NCBI GenBank assembly: GCA_963771175.1
Contig: CAVYSY010000003.1
Span: 125,225-189,224 of the forward strand
From: an uncultured delta proteobacterium
Lineage (GTDB): Bacteria; Myxococcota; Myxococcia; Myxococcales; Myxococcaceae
Reading direction: 5' to 3'
Length of the DNA: 64,000 bases
Below the pieces are notes generated by a model. The model searched no databases. It was not told the DNA's origin and worked only from the letters and a program-made list of their open reading frames with translations. Of this stretch, positions 58,852-64,000 are shown in pieces (within the stretch, counting starts at the first letter, position 1; each line of letters begins with the position of its first letter). A program made the translations under genes and the position numbers.

Positions 58852-59202
58852 ATGAAGAAGGCGATTGTTTCGGCGATTGTGGCGAGCAGCCTCGTGGCGT
58901 GCACCAGCGTGGAGACGGCCGTCGTCTCGGGCAACGAGGTTTCCGCCTCCGGTGGCGAGCCCATCGCCGTCATCCAGGGCACCGCGCTCGGCCTGACCGC
59001 CCTCTTCCACGTCGTGGACCTGGTGCAGAGCGACCTGGACACCGTGGTGAACAAGCTCCTCGTCTCCGAGGCCAAGGCCATGGGCGCGAACAAGGTGCAG
59101 CTGCTGGGCGCCAGCACCACCCCGCGCCACGGCATCTTCGCGCTCACCGGCCTCATCATCGGCTTCCCCTACTCGAACGCCACTGGCGTGGCGGTGAAGT
59201 AG
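58852..59202 (+). CDS. Small hypothetical lipoprotein
   Basis: MKKAIVSAIVASSLVAC lipobox; GAGGG RBS; AKAMGANKV...ATGVAVK. Confidence 0.8.
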   Translation: MKKAIVSAIVASSLVACTSVETAVVSGNEVSASGGEPIAVIQGTALGLTALFHVVDLVQSDLDTVVNKLLVSEAKAMGANKVQLLGASTTPRHGIFALTGLIIGFPYSNATGVAVK

Positions 59203-59232
59203 TCAGCCTCGTCGTCCGCACGTAGCGTGCGA

Positions 59233-59266
59233 AGGCCCCCTGGCGACAGCGGGCCTCTGCTTTTTC
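59233..59266 (+). terminator. Possible intrinsic terminator
   Basis: AGGCCC..CTG gcga CAG..GGGCCT hairpin followed by a T-tract. Confidence 0.5.
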
Positions 59267-59273
59267 CGCCCCC

Positions 59274-60072
59274 ATGCGCGCTCGTCTCCTGCCCCTCCTC
59301 CTGCTCGTCCTCGCCGGCGCCGTCGGGGCGAGGACACCTCCGCCCTGCTCACCGACGCGACGCAGCGCCTGGCCGCGCGCGACGGCAAGCTGCACGCAGC
59401 TACGCGCTGACGGGCACCGCTCGCCAGGGGGACGCAGACGATGGACTTCCAGTTCGCCTACCGCGCACCCCAGAAGATGCTGGGGACGCTCGGGGCCCCC
59501 GCCTCGCGCAGCTACGCCTGGGACGGCGAGCACCTCATGGAGCGCAGCGATGCGGCCAGCGAAGCTTCGTCACCTACAAGAACGAGCTGCCGCCCGGAGC
59601 AAGCGCGTGGGCGTGCCTCACCGAGATCTTCGCCCCCTTCGCCGCCCGAGGGCTTCCGCGCGCCGCTGCTGCCCGGCAAGGGCGTGAGCGCCCGGCGCGT
59701 CTCGCACCCGCGCGGCCCCGAGGCGGTGGAGCTGACGGTGAAGCCCGAGGGCACCGACGGGGAGGTGACAGTACGTGCTGCGCTGGCCCGGCATGGACTT
59801 CCTGGGCAAGCGCACCGACAGCGGCGGCGCCAGCTCGGAGATTCGCGTCGAGGAGGAGGCAGTGCGAGCAGGCCCTGCGGGCTGTGCGTGCCGCAGCGGC
59901 TCACCCAGTGGGCAGGCGAGCAGCAGGTGGCGGAGACCACCCTCTCGCGCGTGGACGCTCGACCCCGACCCTGCCCGCGGAGACCTTCACGCTCAGCGCG
60001 CCCGAGGGTTACGAAGTCCAGTCGAAGACGCTCGTGGTGGCCGGGGCGCAGAGTCGCACCGTCCGGGGTTGA
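59274..60072 (+). CDS. Exported hypothetical protein, possible LolA-like fold (frameshifted)
   Basis: Signal-like start; FQFAYRAPQKM, SYAWDGEHL, LPAETFTLSAPEGYEV tail. Confidence 0.55.
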
Positions 60073-60123
60073 AGCCTTCCAGGGCCGACCCCACCTTCCC
60101 CGCCGGGAAGGAGTGCGAGCACC

Positions 60124-60853
60124 ATGGCCCTGGTGCGGAACGTCATCTTCGATGTGGACGGCACGTTGGTGGATTCGGTGGACGAGCACGCCGAGGCCTG
60201 GCGGCGCGCCTTCCTGGAGTTCGGCCGGGACGTGCCCTTCGCGCACGTGCGCAGCCAGATTGGCAAGGGAGCGGACCAGCTCGCTGCCCGTCTTCTTCAC
60301 CGAGGACGAGCTGGAGAAGTTCGGCCAGGAGCTGGAGCGACTTCCGCGCCGACGCTCTTCAAGCGCGAGTTCATGCCCAAGCTGCGCGCCTTCCCGAAGG
60401 TGCGCGAGCTGTTCGAGCGCGCTGGCGCGCGACGACGTGAAGGTCTCGCTCGGCCTCCAGCGCGAAGGGCGACGAGCTGGAGTTCTACGTGAAGCTGTGC
60501 GACATCGAGGGACCTGATGCAGACCGAGACGTCCAAGGACGACGTCGAGCGCAAGTCCAAGCCCGCCCCGGACATCTTCGAGGCCGCGCTGGAGAAGCTG
60601 GGCCGGCCGGAGGAGGACAGCGTGGTGGTGGTGGGGGACACGCCCTACGACGCGCTGGCCGCGAACAAGCTGGGCCTGCCGGCGCTCGGGCGTGCTGTGC
60701 GGCGGCTTCCCCGAGGAAGACCTGCGCACGGCGGGCTGCCGCGCCATCTACAAGGATCCGGCGGACCTGCTCGCCCACTACGAGTCCTCGCGGGACACCT
60801 GGCCGTGGGCCGCGGACGCGGTGGCCGCCGCCAAGGACGAGGAGTCGCGCTAG
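60124..60853 (+). CDS. HAD family hydrolase (frameshifted)
   Basis: IFDVDGTLVDS, SKPAPDIF, VVGDTPYD. Confidence 0.9.
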
Positions 60854-60946
60854 GGCGCGGAAAAGAAGCGGAAAATGCCCCGCAACCATTTCGCGGGGCG
60901 CGGGTTCATGGATGCGAGGCCGGACAACAACCCTCGGAGAAAAGCC

Positions 60947-61807
60947 ATGAACCGCACCACGCCCTACCGCCGTCTGCTGACCGCTGCCCTCTGCTTCGCG
61001 CTCCCGCTGGGCAGCGTGGCCTGCAACTCCACCCCCGAGGAGGCCGACCTCGCCGTCGGTGAGGCCGCCTCGTACCTCACCGCTTCCGAGGAGTCCGGAG
61101 ACATCGGCGCGGATGCCGTGGTGGAGGCCTCCCCCGAGACGCTCTCCTCCATCGCCGCCGAGGACGTGGACACCGCCACCGAGGCCCCCGCGGACAGCGC
61201 GGGCGTGTGTGACTTCAGCGCTCGCCGCCAGGAGGTGCTGGAGAAGTACGACGCCAACCAGGACGGCAAGCTCGACCGCACCGAGCTGCGCGCCCTCAAG
61301 GGCGACCTCGACGCCCAGACGAACCCGCGCTTCGCCCGCGCCGGGCTGCGCCTGCGCCAGTGGGCCTTCTGGCGCGTGCGCTGGGCCTTCGACGAGAACG
61401 GCGACAAGGCGCTCTCCACCGAGGAGCGCACCGCCATGGTGGATGCCATGGAGGCCCGCTGCCAGCGGCTGCACCAGCAGGCCCTGGAGAAGTACGACGC
61501 CAACCACGACGGCACCCTCGATGAGACCGAGCGCCAGGCCGCCCGTCAGGCCCTCCGCACCGCCTGGGAGCAGAAGCGCCAGGAGCTGCTCGCGAAGTAC
61601 GACACCAACGGCAGCGGCGTGCTCGAGCTCACCGAGCGCGACCGTGCTCCGCGAGGACCGCCTCGAGCCGCCGCGCGCGCGCCGCCGCGCAGGCCATGAT
61701 GGCCCAGTACGACACCAACCAGGACGGTCGCCTGAGCACCGAGGAGGCCCTGCCCGCTGCGCCAGGAGCTCCAGCGCCGCATCATCGAGGGCCACGACGC
61801 CAACTGA
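60947..61807 (+). CDS. EF-hand calcium-binding lipoprotein (frameshifts near the C-terminus)
   Basis: Lipobox SVAC; DANQDGKLDRTE, DENGDKALSTEE, DANHDGTLDETE, DTNGSGVLELTE, DTNQDGRLSTEE. Confidence 0.85.
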
Positions 61808-61822
61808 GGTGACGCTCCCTCG

Positions 61823-61851
61823 CTCCGTCCCTCGCTGGGAGAGGGACGGAG
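61823..61851 (+). terminator. Hairpin after the EF-hand gene
   Basis: CTCCGTCCCTC-gctggga-GAGGGACGGAG, perfect 11 bp stem. Confidence 0.55.
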
Positions 61852-61921
61852 GCAGGCCGGCCCGGCAGGCGCACCTGGGCCCCCTGGCTTCCCTGCCCGC
61901 TCGTGCGCACCGTTGCCGACG

Positions 61922-62939
61922 ATGGCAAGCGAGGCCCTCCCGGAAGCCGCGCTCACCGCGCCACCCAAGCGCCGCGCCCTCGATGAAGGGCCCGCGCTGC
62001 TGGTCGTGAACACCCGGTCGCCGCTGGGCCGCGAGGCCTTCGCCGGCGACGCTCGCGGCGCTCGAGCCGCGCGGCATCCCCCTCGCGGCGCTGCCACCGG
62101 CTCTCCCGCCCGACAGCGCATGGAGCCGGGTGCTGCGCGAGGCGCTGGAGCAGGGCGTGCGGCGCATCCTCGTCGGCGGCGGGGATGGCACGCTTGAACG
62201 CCGCCGATGCCGACCTGCTCGGCCGCGACGTGACGCTGGGCGTGCTGCCGCTGGGCACGGGCAATGACTTCGCGCGCTCGCTGGGCATTCCCCCCTCGCT
62301 GGAGGCCGCCTGCGACGTCATCGCCGCCGGCTACACCGCGCGGGTGGACGTGGGGCTCGCCAACGGGCGGCCCTTCCTCAACGCGGCGAGCCTCGGCCTG
62401 GCCACCGCCATCGCCCGGCGGCTGACGCCAGCGCCTCAAGCGCGCGCGGGCAAGCTGGCCTACCCCGTGGCCGCCGTCGCCGAGCTCTGGGAGCACCAGC
62501 CCTTCCACGTGCGGATGACAGACCGACCGAGGCGAGCTGGAGCTGGACGTGCTGCAGCTCGTGGTGGGCAACGGGCGCTACCACGGCGCGGGCAACATGG
62601 TGACGCCCGATGCCACGCTCGATGACCGCCGCCTGCACGTCTACACCATCGCCGCGCCCTCCGCCGAGTCCGGGCGCGAGGGCACCGGGCTGGGGCACCT
62701 GCAGGACGTCTCCACCCTGGCGCGCGTCGCGCTCTCGCTGCGCCGCGGCGAGCACGTGGAGCCACCCGGCCGTCACCTGCCTGCGCACCGCGCGCCTCGT
62801 ACGTGGACGCCGAGCCCGTCGCAGGACGTCAACGCGGACGGGGAGCTCATCGGCCACACGCCCGATGCGCTTCGAGCTCGCCCCCGCGGCCCTGCGCGTC
62901 TACGCGCCCGCGCCTCCCGACCCGGCACTGAGCCGGTGA
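61922..62939 (+). CDS. Diacylglycerol kinase family (YegS-like) lipid kinase (frameshifted)
   Basis: LVVNTRS, VGGGDGT, LPLGTGNDFARSL, FLNAASLG, GNGRYHG, NADGE. Confidence 0.88.
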
Positions 62940-63018
62940 TTTCGGCGGACCGGCCTTCTCGGTCTAGGCTCTCCCGCTTCGGCGGACGGCCGCTCGGCCG
63001 TCCCCGCGGAGGAAGCCC

Positions 63019-64000
63019 GTGCGCCAACGTTCTCTCTTCCCGCTCCTCATCGCCGCCGCTCCTGGGCGTGGCGGCGCTGCTCCTGCTGTGGTCCGCGCTC
63101 CGCGGAGACCGGAGGCCAGCGGCCCCGGCGCCGCGACGCGCCAGGGCCCGCCTCCGCGGCGTCTCCGAGCCCCGGGCCCGCGCCCCGCCGCGCCCCACGC
63201 CGCCGCTCGAGACGTCCGGCGACGCTGGCCGATGGCAGCCTTCGTGGTGCGGGTGGTGGCCTCGGGCGCAGCCCGTCGCGGGCGCACGCGTGCGGGCGTA
63301 CCTGCGGGGCCGGAGGACGGCACGGGCGAGCGCCTCGTGGCGCCGCGCCGGCGAGGGCACGACGGGCGAGGACGGCACGCTGCGGCTGCCCGCGGCCCCG
63401 GGGCTCTACCTGCGTCAGCGCCCGGGCCGAGGGCCATGCCCCGCGCGCCGCGAGGTGCGCGCGGCCCACGGGCGAGGCGGAGACGGCGGTGGAGCTGTCG
63501 CTGCCCGCCGGCGTGCGCGCTGCGGGGGCGCACGGTGGCCGAGGGCCGCGGCGAGCCGGTGCCGCTGGCGGAGGTGACGCTGCGCCCGTACACGGAGCCG
63601 GGGACGGCCTGGGCCCGGGCCCGTGACGCTGCCCGAGGAGGTGGCGGTGGCGACGAGCGACGCGCAGGGGCGCTTCGCCTTCTCCGGGCTCGCGCCGGGC
63701 CGCTACGCAGCTGACGGCGGAGGCGCCGGGCTTCAGCCGCCGCACGCTGCGCTTCGTGTCGGTGCCTCGCCGGGCGAGCTGGTGGTGGGGCTGTGGGCGG
63801 CCTCGCGTGCTGGAGGGCTTCGTGGTGGGCGCGGACGGCCAGCCGGTCGGCGGACGCGGAGGTGCTGGCCCTGGGCGGGCCCCGGCCTCTCCGCACCACC
63901 ACCGGCGCGGGCGGCGGCTTCTCGCTGGAGGTGTCCAGCGGGACGTACTGGCTGGTGGCCCGGAAGGGCACCCAGGTGGGCCGGGCGCCGGGCACGCTCG
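63019..64000 (+). CDS. Membrane-anchored carboxypeptidase-regulatory-like repeat protein (partial, frameshifted)
   Basis: N-terminal hydrophobic anchor; repeated PVAGARV...TGEDG / EPVPLAEV...SDAQGRF.F.GLAPGRY modules. Confidence 0.75.

Overview
High-GC myxobacterial chromosomal DNA (Cystobacterineae-like, judged from the Dif chemosensory cluster, MglA-like GTPase, MYXO-CTERM-like tail and tandem PilT paralogues). Left arm: liv ABC genes, a Ser/Thr kinase, grpE-dnaK, a histone-like protein, a secreted nuclease-like protein, EamA, a 7-unit palindromic tandem repeat, a monooxygenase/epimerase/ABC operon, a cereblon-like gene and larBC. Centre (about 19.7-39.3 kb): an alpha-glucan utilisation locus with a surface-anchored pullulanase carrying a 24x hexapeptide stalk, two GH13 lipoproteins, MalEFGK (MalF has a large extra periplasmic region), two stand-alone glucodextranase-DOMON proteins, and a ~740 aa putative outer-membrane beta-barrel that I cannot assign to LamB or TonB receptors. 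This locus is the best candidate for an undescribed system. Right arm: difA/C/D/E/G, thiL, a SofG-like GTPase with a histidine kinase, GNAT, two PilT ATPases, DinG, RegBA, site-2 protease, and assorted lipoproteins and enzymes. Many genes have single-base frameshifts, very dense after ~52.9 kb, most likely sequencing or assembly indels. Gene boundaries were rebuilt by eye across frames and no database searches were run.
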